Positions 1 through 11,239 of a stretch of 64,000 nt of DNA are shown here, in pieces. Source of the stretch: Perkinsus chesapeaki ATCC PRA-425 (taxonomy: Eukaryota; Protista; Perkinsozoa); assembly GCA_013115145.1 (NCBI GenBank), contig JAAPAO010000022.1, positions 62,001 to 126,000 on the forward strand. Direction: 5' to 3'. The position numbers and the translations under genes were made by a program. The notes under the pieces were generated by a model that did not search any database, was not told where the DNA came from, and saw only the letters and a list, made by a program, of their open reading frames with translations. Within the stretch, counting starts at the first letter, position 1, and each line of letters opens with the position of its first letter.

Positions 1-187
1 CTGCAAGCTCTTGCATAGCATGCCCGCTAGGATAGTTGTAGACAGATGCCGCCACTCGGACACAAAACAGGCATGCCTGAGAACATGAGGCAGCAGCTTG
101 CCGGCCAAAGACTTCAAGACACTACTCCAAACTGGATAACACTATTGCTATTAGCCGCATCAATCGGGAATGTGGTTCAGCGGTAGG

Positions 188-258
188 ACTCCATGGTAGA
201 TTCGAACCCACGACCATTGGCATGACAGACCAACACCTTATCCCCTCTCACTGTAGCA
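188..258 (-). pseudogene. Degenerate tRNA-Asp(GTC)-like fragment (3' half only; possible tRNA relic or SINE head)
   Basis: Minus strand reads TTGGT-CTGTCAT-GCCAA (anticodon arm with GTC), then TGGTC GTGGG TTCGAAT CTACC (B-box/T-arm, imperfect stem). The D-arm and acceptor stem cannot be formed. Confidence 0.3.
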
Positions 259-969
259 ACTGTTATTCCAATTAATCCCGTCCTCAACACACATGTCCTC
301 AACAATCGGTTCCTCGCCATAATTACCATGGCCTTCGATCCCACTGACCTGTACGCTTCCGGGCCATACCGCCGCCCGAACGGTGATAAATACGCCAGCA
401 CTCTGACAACCAATGGTAAATTAGCCAAACAAACACAGAAATTTCAGCTCTATCAGATTTATTTTCCCGCACGCCACGAAATGATTGGCTCGATCGAGCT
501 ATTGCTACTACCTATGAGCTCCTCGTGCAGCTATCAGTGTTAATACGAGTAGACTGGGGAAGATGAATCTGAGCTCCTTGTGGGGTAAAAATGACATCAT
601 TGTTACTGGTGCTATATACCATACCAATAACAATGGTATTAGAGGTACCTGATCATCACATTAATTGGCGGAAATGTGGTATAAATTCTCCTATTCAACA
701 CTGAACGCATGGAAGGCCGAAAACGGCGTTCATTAAAGAACCTTGCCGCAGTAGTAGCAACTAATAATTTTTACCATCATGGTATGTTCCAAGTTCCACG
801 TTCTGATCCGTGCAATTGAAAAGTTACGCAAAAACCGGATCTGCGAACCGGCCTAGTTCGCACTGTATGAAAGTGTTCCAAGCTCATCGGACTCGACCGC
901 CACCCACTTCTTTTTTTGGAGCGTAACGAAATTATAGAGTTTATTAAAAAGCAGAAATAATCGAAGATA

Positions 970-2570
970 TGTCCCGGGTGGCTTGCCAGTACGTATAATA
1001 ACTTACCTTATGCTCTGGCATGCCTGTAGGAGGTGGTAATGCAGCGAACGGTAATAACAATATCAATGGTCCAAGACCCTGATGATCGAAGATCAACTAC
1101 TCCCTGGGATTCCGACGCCACCACCTACTCGTATAGTGGCATTGGTGAGGTACCAATGCCACGGTTGAACCCCCCACAAGTAGGATTTATTCTCGACAGC
1201 ATTGAACCAGAATACCCAGCCTTCTGGCCACATAAGGCCACGCTGCCACATCTACATAGAATGCCATCAGACAACCAACACTTTAAATGGTCCTTCCCTA
1301 CCAAGGAGTCCAGAGGTATGGACAATACAATACCGTAGACTACCGCCTTCAGCCCACTCAGTACCACTACTATCACCGACGTTAGAAACTAAGACTACAG
1401 CGTCACGGTTACACTGCCGAGTTTGTACCGTCTGAGCCTTCCAATGGAGCACCAAATCACGAACGACTATCTCAAGGCCTAGAACGGCTCCAACTGCCAG
1501 GAGATCGCAGCGGAACACTAGAGCTGTGAAGACCTTACAGCTGGATGGGTACATGATGGAGACAATTGGCTTACCATAACCTGCATGGCGGAGAGCCGCT
1601 TGCCTTCGAGGTAGAGCGACAAGGCGAATGAACCTAACAGATGGGTTTAGGTGGAAATCGAAGATTGTTGCTACTTAAAATGAGACCGAATGAATTAGGC
1701 AGCAGTCTTGTATAGTAAAATGATAAATGGAAGCATCCTGTGATACAGAGGGTTATTAGTACCTGCCGATGGGGATAGTAGTATCTGACGATACACTGTA
1801 CTCCCCGTACTGGAAGGGCAGGTTTGGTCTCATCTGGACAGGCATTACGTATTCGCCTTAACGCTGCTGCAGCTGCTACCGCCATAACCCCTCGAACTAC
1901 GTACCTTATGCACGACGCCAGTAGGTGTTCAGTAATGTCCCGGTGTAATATTCACTCGAATGACGTACACTTCCATTCGGCACGGGCAAATGAGGCGAGG
2001 GAGTAACACTCAGAAATGTCAACAGTGGCGGCTACAGTGAGTTGCAATACAGTAATACTGCAGTAAGTTATGGTTTATTTCAAACCATCCAGATGGACCA
2101 ATCTGGTTCTTACAGAGCCTTCTCTGACCTAACGCGAGCTCTGGATGACATATAAAAACAAGCCAACGACTGTCTTAATAAAGTAGGTGCCTGTCCCCTG
2201 TTGTGTGCAGTATCCCCCTTATATTACAATGACAATATCCTATTATCGACAACACCCCCCATTATTAAGTCGATAACCCTTACAGCTGGCCAAGATGCTA
2301 TTGCCAGTAGCATGGATCCTAAACATGAGCCCTCCTGTGTAGCAATAGTGTTGAGGCCTTACCGAGGAAGGTGCGGGGCACTACTCCTGGGAACTCAATG
2401 TGATCATATGCCTTTATATCAATACCGTGGTAGAGGAAGTCATGGACAGCCTAAAAAAGGGCAATGACCAGTTTAAATACGACCTTTACAAGTGTATATG
2501 GCAATGTACTAACACTGTTTGCGGAGAGCGGTCACCCCTGTCACTGTTGTCACTAAAGGGTCATTGGTTA
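970..2570 (+). CDS. Possible multi-exon hypothetical protein gene (model unresolved)
   Basis: Several short plus-strand open segments (1033-1338, 1824-2006, 2201-2467) bounded by GT/AG-like sites. No recognisable domain. Confidence 0.25.
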
Positions 2571-3200
2571 TGTTAGCATAGATACTACAGCCTACTATAT
2601 ACCTACTACATGGCCCTCCCAGAGCCCCCTTATATATAAATGGTAGTAGGATAGTACCCTTCCCGTTACCTGTGTATTAAAGCTCTCCTCCACCTTATTA
2701 TAAGGTGCCAGTATTATTAGCACCACTAACACTAGTGTAGTGTAAACGTCCAAGGCTAAATCAATCCTATAATAGGATTTAATATTGGACATTGTAAAAC
2801 TAAACGTGATTCATCTCCACTCGTAACTCAACAGACTCCACAAGGTTCACGGAGCATCCCGAATAAAGTAATTTTTCAATTGTTCGCAGTTACAGGCGAG
2901 CGCGTAGTTTTGAGGCGCGTGACGGAGCTAGACCGGTAATTGGCACTGTGACTGTAACATTGGTGGGTGTATATAATATCTGTTCGATTTTCGTTATGAG
3001 CTTGGTAAGTAGTACTGCGGTCTAAGGCATCGGTCATCAGCCTGTCAAGTAAGATAGGGATTGGGGTTAGTGGGGTAGTAGGTCTGCGCCGTTCTTGTTG
3101 ACAAGATGATGTTTTTCCAATCTGACCTATTCTGCATCGTGTGTGGGTAAACCTAAGATCCTTTGCCAGTCTGACAGATTTAATAGTTGTAACCACTTCG

Positions 3201-3997
3201 ATGGCATCATCTCCTCAAGTGAGAAGTCTCGGCGATTATGATTCGAGCAATCCAGTGGGCCCTTTCAATCACATTCCAGCCCCCGACCAAAGAGGATCCC
3301 CATTGCTCCTAGAAAAGCAAGTGAGCTACCAAAGGGCTTCCTAGCACCACTAATAGACCTCCTAGGCGGCAATCTTCAACGATCCAGCAACACTCATTAT
3401 TATCACTCGTAACAAGAATGATAATACTGTCGCGTACAGGATGAAGTTCAATGAGAAGGGGGAGCGTGATGAGGTAGTGCTGGGATTCGAACTTGGGTCG
3501 TTTGATTGGTATATGTTAGCACGAACCAGTTCACGGTTTTTGGGTGAGGTTTAGTGACCATCCTGAAGTCCCCGATCCGGAGAAGCTCCATCGAGAGCTC
3601 GGGTTTTTCGAAGCTAAATTAGCCTATGGCTGCTCTTCCAAGAAAATGGACAAGTCCGATGAGTCTCTCAAAAGTACCGGTCATAATCATCTTGGCACCG
3701 ATGAAGAGTAATAGTGGGACCGAGGGGCAGTTGAGGGGATAGTTCGTTGTTAGCACCTTCCTGCTGACACTACACGCAGTGAGATCTCTCCCATTGACTG
3801 TTATTAAAGGGAAGGACGGCAAGTACCGCGCCACAGCCTTTAAGCATGGCAAACAGCTTGTCATCTACCGTATATATGTATATGCTCAAGAACATAAATG
3901 GAACCCAATACCAACTGTTAAGTATGTTAACATTCATGGCATCGATCCTGTTACTGGTGAGGAGATTATAGAACAGATGGATCCATCAATGATATGA
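3201..3997 (+). CDS. DUF4833-like domain protein, spliced (about 4 exons)
   Basis: Hand-spliced product MASSPQ...LLEKQ|AAIFNDPATLIIITRNKNDNTVAYRMKF...|...ELGFFEAKLAYG...|...GKYRATAFKHGKQLVIYRIYV...PTVKYVNIHGIDPVTGEEIIE. This matches my recollection of the DUF4833 pattern (I.RSKN.N.V.Y; AYG; RIYV; P.V.Y..L.G.D..TG...E). Introns GTGAGC..TAG, GTAGTG..TAG, GTAATA..AG. Confidence 0.6.
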
Positions 3998-5254
3998 GTA
4001 GAAGCAAGCCATTCAATACTGTTAAGCAGACCATCACACTACACCTTTAATGGTCATTCGTTTCAGCTGCTGTATTATTCTTCCAAGATGATAATACTAT
4101 CCCTATGGAAGACGTGTAGTGTTGTTGTTGTTGGTAGCCTAACCCTCGTGGCTCATCGTAATTGTACTTGTCACCTCAACAACAACTAGAAGAAGGAGAA
4201 GAGCCCGAGCATTTTTGTGTATGCTTCCTAGCACTACCTGAGTTGAGTTATCCTTTCTCCGTCCCCAATCCAGCATCGTAAGGAGGTGTGTTTTTGTTGG
4301 GTACATACTTTTGTGAGGGGATAGAATTTCGAACAATAGTTCGCAGGAAGTAGAAAAGTCCCGAAGGCAAGAACTATATTGCGTCGGGGTGATTGGTCGG
4401 AAAACTTACCCTGACAATTGATAGACGATCCATTAGTCCTGAACGGCTGCTGTTCACTTGCAGCTTTCATGTTACGAGCAGTTCGCCTTCTAGCCCTTCC
4501 TGTGCGGCCGAGAATCTTTCCGTTATGCGCACTGCGAAGATTTTCGACGGCAGGATCTGCAGGTGATGAGTCGATGGCAGCTCAAATGGAGGTAAGGCTC
4601 GCTCCCTTGGGGTACTGTAGTGTCGGTAGGTGCTCTTTCCTGTGGATTCTGAGTATAAGAATGTAGCACGGCATGAGGCCGCTGCTGCCCAAGGTGGGCC
4701 CAGTGGGCTGTTGTTATTGATACTAATTGATAGCTGTTGTTGATGATGATGACGTTACTTCATCAAGTGACTCGAGTACCGATGATGATAGCGATCTTGA
4801 TGAGGAGGAACAAGCTAAGTATTATAGAAGTGATGAGAAGGCTCCCTTGTGGGGGGCTCTGGAAGGGGAATGTGGCTTCAAGTAGTGTGGGCAGTAATAG
4901 GGCTATGATGTGATGGTGATGCTAGATATGAAGGGCCAGAGCCAACACGGCATGGAGATTGGCAGTTTAAGGGAAGGTGTACTGACTTTTAGACATGAGT
5001 TTTTACATTATCATCACTTGTGTTCGAGTAGTATAACATAACGTGGTAAACAACTGTAATAATAGGAATGGAGATGAAACGATATCATTCATGATAGTTA
5101 GGAAGGAGGGAATGGAAAGGTTCTCTGCGATGGCCAATGCCAGCTGAGCACGAACAGGACCCTCTTAAGTGTTACATATATCATTAGAAAGGGAAGATGC
5201 GCTATAGTTGGCCGAGGGTTGAAGGCTTCTTGTAGTCGGGACACACTCGTTAGA

Positions 5255-5900
5255 ATGAGTCAACGAGGGCCGAAGCGAGCCCACATAGTTGGTAGCTGAA
5301 ACCCCAATCACAGACCAACAAATCACGATCGGGGATGGTATGGTAAAGCTTGACAACGAGCTTATGTTGGAGTTCAGCGAGCCAAAGCACAGCTATTCGA
5401 CTGCTATTACCAGGCTCTTAATTGCACTATCTGGATCGTCACACGATGCTGCCAAATTTTTCTTCAAGAAAATCAACAAGCAGCAGGCTATGAACCTTGC
5501 CAGAACTAGATTTTGGTATCCGAACTCAGGGCTTTAGTCTTCGACAGTCGGAATTATAAAAGGGAGTCTAAGGATACTACTCAAGAGTCTCGAGGGATCC
5601 GGTTGATGATATAGTGCTCACTGATTTCGCTTCTTGATGATGGCTGCTTTGGGACTAACCCGCGAGCCCTACATGCTCAACAACTGCAAGTCTGCGACAG
5701 CATTACTCTTGGTAGCAGTCTGTAACTGTAACTTTCAAGAATCCTTTTCGCGCTCAAGGCCACCGATTCGGCGAGTAGGCAAATCATTTTTCGCGGATAG
5801 GGACATCAATTTCATGAAGAAGAAGGACTCCTTCTTCTAGGAGTACAAATCCACGGACAAGGACAACAATTTCGGGTTGTACTTTCAAGTATACAACTAC
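5255..5900. repeat. Degenerate dispersed repeat or pseudogene, copy 1
   Basis: Nucleotide and peptide similarity to 8925-9260 (ETPITDQQ..DGMVKLD vs ETPSTDQQ..DGMVLLD; LIALSGSSH vs LIVLSGSSH) and to 9695-9825 (ggacaaggacaacaatttcgggttgtact vs ggacaaggacatcaacgtcgggttgtact). Stop codons interrupt the frames. Confidence 0.6.
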
Positions 5901-6994
5901 AATGAATTTTTACACCAACTACTATCGTATCAATTACTGACGACTGCACTTAAAGAAAGCTTCTCTTTACGAAGAATAGTTCGCTTAGCTAAATTCCTTG
6001 TTCAGCCAAAGTGAAACAAGCGTTCTGTTTGGCAGTGCCAAACTGGTATTCCTGTATCATGCTAGGTATTGCTATTTTTTTGCGGAAGGACACGAGTTAG
6101 TAACTCATGGACCGTGAGTTTGGAATCCAAACTTTGGATCACAATTAGCCCAATAACCGAGGATCTCAAGGCTAATTAGGGTACTGGATCTTTCGGACTT
6201 CTCGAATCGTGGAGGTGAAGGCAGAGAACCCTTCTGCCGTTTTGACGGTTGACCATCGCTCGCCTCTCTCCGACCAGGCCTTTGTCGAATTATTCACGAA
6301 CCTTCGTAAGATCTATGCAATCAAGGTCCGTGAACTTGAAGTTGCTTCGAAGTTTGGTGAAGTTACTCCTAGGGATTCAGCCAAACACAGGGTTTAACGA
6401 AGAACGTCAGGATGACGCCCGTCGGACGAGTAAATCCGGTATAGTCACTATACCAAAATCACTGTACTGTAGTGAGAACTCACAATATGATGACATAGCC
6501 GTTACTAACGGCCCGTTAGCCACGAATATTGGCACACTGGCGGCCCGTGTGTGGGATCTCCACGTTTTGAAAGCGCCGGGACCAATATAATACGAATCGG
6601 TTGTTGTTTGCGGCTCCCAGAGTAGTTCCACTGGATGAATGAGTGAATGGCTATCTGATCGCCCGGTACCCCGATCGGAGAACCAGACTGGTTCTTCTTA
6701 GTCGTCGATTACTCCGGAATAAATGTTTATGGAAGAAAGAGAATAATAAGTACTTACAAAAGAACATTCTATAATAATACTAGCTTCAAGCTAAGATATG
6801 GGAGTCCCATGATCGAACAGAGATTGTGTGGGACACAGTGGTTGGGTGATAGAGTGATCAAATCAGTGGTGTACCGTACACGGTGTACGCACGGGTGGTG
6901 CAACTAGTTGAGTTTGTAACCCAACGCTATCTCATGACAATGCCAAAAATAAAAGATGAGAAATAAGAACATGAATGACATCTAATCATTACTT

Positions 6995-8110
6995 TTAACC
7001 CTCGCTCTTCGCATAAGGAGCTAGTGTTACTGTTCTTCGACCTTCCCTAATCTCCCGAAATGAAGAAAAGTAGGTTGTGAAAAATGGGCGACCAAGTGTT
7101 ATGTAGGGTAAGTTGTAGTGTCGTAGTACAAGGTGACACCAAGTGCCACCACAGTTCTCCGTATACTGGCTAGGAGGGATGTATATAGTTGTATGACTGG
7201 TGCGATCACCGAGGGCGAATGCCAGCGTAGGAAAGTACTCATATCCCCTCTCTTCGATGAACCATGCACTTCCCTTCGTTACAACGTGAACGTCCAGGCC
7301 CGAATCCTGTTTGACAATCTCGGTAATCTTGTTCAATACAAACTCGAAGTAGGGCTTGGGTAAAAAAACCGAATATGCACCTGTATCATAAATCACCATA
7401 CCATCGGGTACTCGTTGCATGAAAGGTCGGCCCTTGGAACTCACCAAGGCAAGTGAGAGGAGTGCTGTATTGAAGAACCCGGATGATTTCATTCTAAGAA
7501 CTATTTTGGGGAAGGCGGTTGGACACTGCTCCTCCCTTAACGAGCCAAGTATAACCACGCCGGTGAAGTTTTTAAGATCGCTAGGAGCACATACCGATAC
7601 CGTTTTGTCGGATATAAGATTCTTCAGGAACAGCTGAATCATAACGGTCTCATCATATCTATCCATGCGGTATGCAATCCCCAAGTAGTTCATAGGCTTC
7701 TCAGTCGGGATTGTCGGACTTGGAGACCATCCTACAATAAGTCGGAACTTCATCTCGAGCTTATGACCGGCGAGTTCTATAACACCATAATGATAAACAG
7801 TCGTGATTGCACTGCCGTCATCGAAATTTATCATGAGCTGTTCCTCACTGTAGGGGTGGCACTCGTTTATACAAGTATAGCAAGTCTTAGGGGGACATAT
7901 ACCATAGGTCTTCTCATACCAATCTTTATATATAACATGAGTTCCTATGAGGCCTGAGTCCAAATATAAGTCTAATGGCTGACCATCGAAGGCTATCCCG
8001 GTCACTCTATTGCCGCTGAAAGGTAAAGATATCTGACTGCGTACCAAATACACCATACTGCTCATGCTTGCCAAATAAATGGCAGTAACCATTAGACTGT
8101 AATGGAACAT
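6995..8110 (-). CDS. Secreted pepsin-like (A1 family) aspartyl protease, 371 aa, intronless
   Basis: Hydrophobic N-terminal signal; two catalytic motifs LYLDSG and VIYDTG; late ITLGRPFF motif typical of the pepsin fold. Confidence 0.9.
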   Translation of the reverse strand: MFHYSLMVTAIYLASMSSMVYLVRSQISLPFSGNRVTGIAFDGQPLDLYLDSGLIGTHVIYKDWYEKTYGICPPKTCYTCINECHPYSEEQLMINFDDGSAITTVYHYGVIELAGHKLEMKFRLIVGWSPSPTIPTEKPMNYLGIAYRMDRYDETVMIQLFLKNLISDKTVSVCAPSDLKNFTGVVILGSLREEQCPTAFPKIVLRMKSSGFFNTALLSLALVSSKGRPFMQRVPDGMVIYDTGAYSVFLPKPYFEFVLNKITEIVKQDSGLDVHVVTKGSAWFIEERGYEYFPTLAFALGDRTSHTTIYIPPSQYTENCGGTWCHLVLRHYNLPYITLGRPFFTTYFSSFREIREGRRTVTLAPYAKSEG

Positions 8111-8924
8111 CGATTATCAGAGATTTGAAATGATAACACGCTGTGTATTTACACTATTATTGATAATAAGAAATAAGCGAATGAACTATATTTGATAAAT
8201 TATTGAATATAACTCATACCCGTATTCCTTAGACCGCCTAAGGTTTGGACCTCCACGCCGTGGAGCGCACGGTGACCGCGCGTTTTCTAAGCGATGTACT
8301 CGAGGTAGCGCCATCATTGTCTATATATCTTAGCCTGTCTACTGTCCTTTGGCCGTCAATATGACCTGTATAGTTCATATAGTCCTGTATAGCATGAGTC
8401 CGACTGCACTCACTGCAGTCATCGCTTCATAGTGCATCGGTATTAGCTACGAGTGCGCGATACCCAAGGGCCGCTCCCTCCGTTCAATGGAGTCCGTACG
8501 CGAAGGTACTCCTTCTCAACCCATCGAGCGTACCTTCCCAGTAACCTTACTAGCGGAGGGGGACGGGAGGGAGGTCCGTGGTTTCCTGCGGGCCACTCGT
8601 AACACCGCGCCGACGGGCCCATCGCGCCGAATCGGCGCCGCTGATCGGTACCTCTCAATATGGTTGTACGAGAAGGGAGGGGTGGGCGGTAAACGCAAGG
8701 CTTGCGTCGCAAGGGCAACCTTGCACAGCGAGTGCTCCACGCTCCTTCCCTAGTTGGTCGGCTCCTGCAGTGGCCCGTTGGGAACACGTTTGACGGCCAA
8801 ATAGAAGCCAAACTTTGACCTCTATTTGACCCATCCGGCGTACCTTGGTTGCTTCGGGACTCGCTGGGTTCACGCTCCTCCTGGTCAGAACACGCTAATT
8901 TGGATGAAATCCATTCAATGAATC

Positions 8925-9260
8925 ACCGAGGGCCAAAGCGAGCCTACACAGTTGATAGAAACCCCATCCACAGACCAACAAACCGCGAGCACGGATGGTA
9001 TGGTATTACTTGACAGCGACTCATTTTGGAGTGCAGCGAGCCAAATCACAGTTACTCGTCTCAGACAAGTCGTCTGGCATAACCAGGCCCTTAATATAAT
9101 TAAGTTGATTGTACTATCTGGATCGTCGCACCGCTCTGCCAGCCTGTAACTATACCTTTGAGTATATCTCGCGCTTACGACCACCAATCTGGCGAGTAGG
9201 AAAATCACTTCTGCGAATAGGGAAATCAATTCAGCGCAGGGTGGCCGGTGGGAAGAGAAA
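8925..9260. repeat. Degenerate dispersed repeat or pseudogene, copy 2
   Basis: cgagggccaaagcgagcctacacagttg...acagaccaacaaa...ggatggtatggta matches 5265-5345 in the same orientation; accaccaatctggcgagtaggaaaatca matches about 5760. Confidence 0.6.
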
Positions 9261-9694
9261 TAGCAAGTCCTTTCTTCCTCGTATTTTTCATTTCGAAAAA
9301 TACGAAAATTAGTAAAATCATCGGAATTTTTGCTCAAGTAGGGTAGAAGTCGTAAATTATGTGCATCATTGAGGTGGAGCATACTACCAAGTCGATATAA
9401 GACAATAAAAGCGAAAATTCATGCCGCATGATGCCTCATGCATCTCAGCAGACGAGAAAGGAGCGGGTTCGATCGCTGGTGGGGTCATATAAAAGCTCTA
9501 TATTTGTTCCTTATCAACCTCATGGATACTAGATCCGTGGCGCCGCCACGGTGGCGGGCGTTATGAACGTATCGCGCTACTTGTAAGAGCCTTCCTACAC
9601 GCTCTTGTTTTCGGAGTTGCTATTCTTTCTATTTTTCCGAGGAAAAATAGGCATTCTTTCTTTGAAAAATAGAAATTCTTTCTGAATGTAAAAC

Positions 9695-9825
9695 CGGCCA
9701 CTCTGATTCAGCGGTAGGGGCCGATAGAGAAATCAATTCCGCGAATAAGGCCACCAATTTCATGTAGGAGGATTGGAATTCCAGGGACAAGGACATCAAC
9801 GTCGGGTTGTACTCTCAACTACTGT
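9695..9825. repeat. Degenerate dispersed repeat, partial copy 3
   Basis: gatagagaaatcaattccgcgaat...aatttcatg...ggacaaggacatcaacgtcgggttgtactctcaact matches 5800-5890 and 9215-9235. Confidence 0.5.
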
Positions 9826-10223
9826 AGTTAATTAATGTAATTGTGTAACACAATTTATGCGCATCGGAGTTGGGCTAATGGGCCATTAGTAATGGCCCAA
9901 CTTGGGCCGAGATGCGGTCGCTGGGTGTTTACTTCATACAGTATATGTGTTCCTCCGGGGGAGACTGTATTACACAGTCTGTGTAGACAGCATAACGTGC
10001 GCTGCATTATGCAGGCTGCATACGGTATGCAACATACTGTGTGCTGCTAACATACTGAGGCAAGCACACTTGCTGAGGGTACTCCCTCAATTTGAGGGCC
10101 TCAACTTGTATAATAAAGAATTTTTGTATACACCACTCGTCAGCAGCTGTATTGGTATTTTGCGTCCTACCAGTCACATAAGAATTATCCTTGCTTGCAA
10201 CAATCATTCGAGAACGTTAACTA

Positions 10224-10625
10224 CAGATCTAGCGGACCTAGCATTGTTACGATATGATACTGTAACAATGCTGGCATAATCTCGAGGGGATTGGCTCCCT
10301 CGGGATAATCCCGACTCGGGATTCCCGAGGGCATTGGCACCAGGAGAGACAATGCACAGATTTCCAACCAATTCTGGTCAATAGGGTTTTAATTCAAAGT
10401 ATAATAGTAACACATCACATTTTAATGGCTGACAGCTCTGAAAACGTGTAAACATAGTGGAGGGGATAATGAGCTGTACATCATCTTCAATGAAATGATT
10501 AGTCAAGTAATCTGATAACCGTATAATCCATCTTAGTGGTTCCCTGCATATTGCACGCGAAGACAGAAAGCGGCAAATAATGCGTAACGTCATTTATAGT
10601 AGCTAAAGAGGGTGATGATAAGAAT
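10224..10625. repeat. Duplicated non-coding segment, copy 1 (paralogue of 12368-12690)
   Basis: Shared blocks cagatctagcggacct, ggcattggca, atgcacagattt, ttcaaagtataatagtaa, aatgaaatgatt, gcatattgcacgcgaagacagaaagcggcaaat, ggtgatgata. Lies downstream of PB1-like gene 1. Confidence 0.85.
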
Positions 10626-11239
10626 GACTGATAGGGGATAAGGCTCAACTGCTCTGCGCAGGCTGGTAGCAGGTGGACTTGACTAGGTTCAGCCTATCAA
10701 TCTTATACCAAATGAGATCTCGTTCACGTGCTCCATATTTCCTGAATGCAGAAAGTCAGCTTGGATCTCTATAGACAAGAAAGTCGGAAAAGCTGAGGGT
10801 GTTTCAAGATGTGTCAAGATTAACACCGGTCACATTCTTCGGGGTGAACCATACAGTAACAAGACAATCTAGTTTAATATCTACTGGGTATTAGACTCTC
10901 CCGGCAGTTACACATAGAATGGATGCTCTAACTTAATAACTACTGTTCGGAGCTGAAGCTTGACACCGATTTTACAAGTTCGAATCCGTGCCCGGACGAA
11001 CACAATGGAATCCAAGAGTGGTAGGTGGACGGACTTATCCGATTTTGAAGTAGAGGGATCGAATCTTTCTCATTGATTCAAAAGTAGAGAAGCCTCTTGG
11101 TTCATCATAAGTCGCTCGTGCTGGCAGCGGTGATATAATGATAGTTGGCGGGGAATAAATACTAAAGTGAATTCACAAGCGATTATATTGTTTGAAGTGA
11201 ATGGAGGAGACACGATTCCCAAGTGTTGACAGACATAGT

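Noticed and set aside
3481-3500. gggattcgaacttgggtc resembling a tRNA B-box
   Set aside because: No cloverleaf can be built, and it lies in or at the edge of the DUF4833-like gene.
4139-4900. Possible spliced minus-strand gene
   Set aside because: A consistent reading frame or domain could not be assembled, so it is left uncalled.
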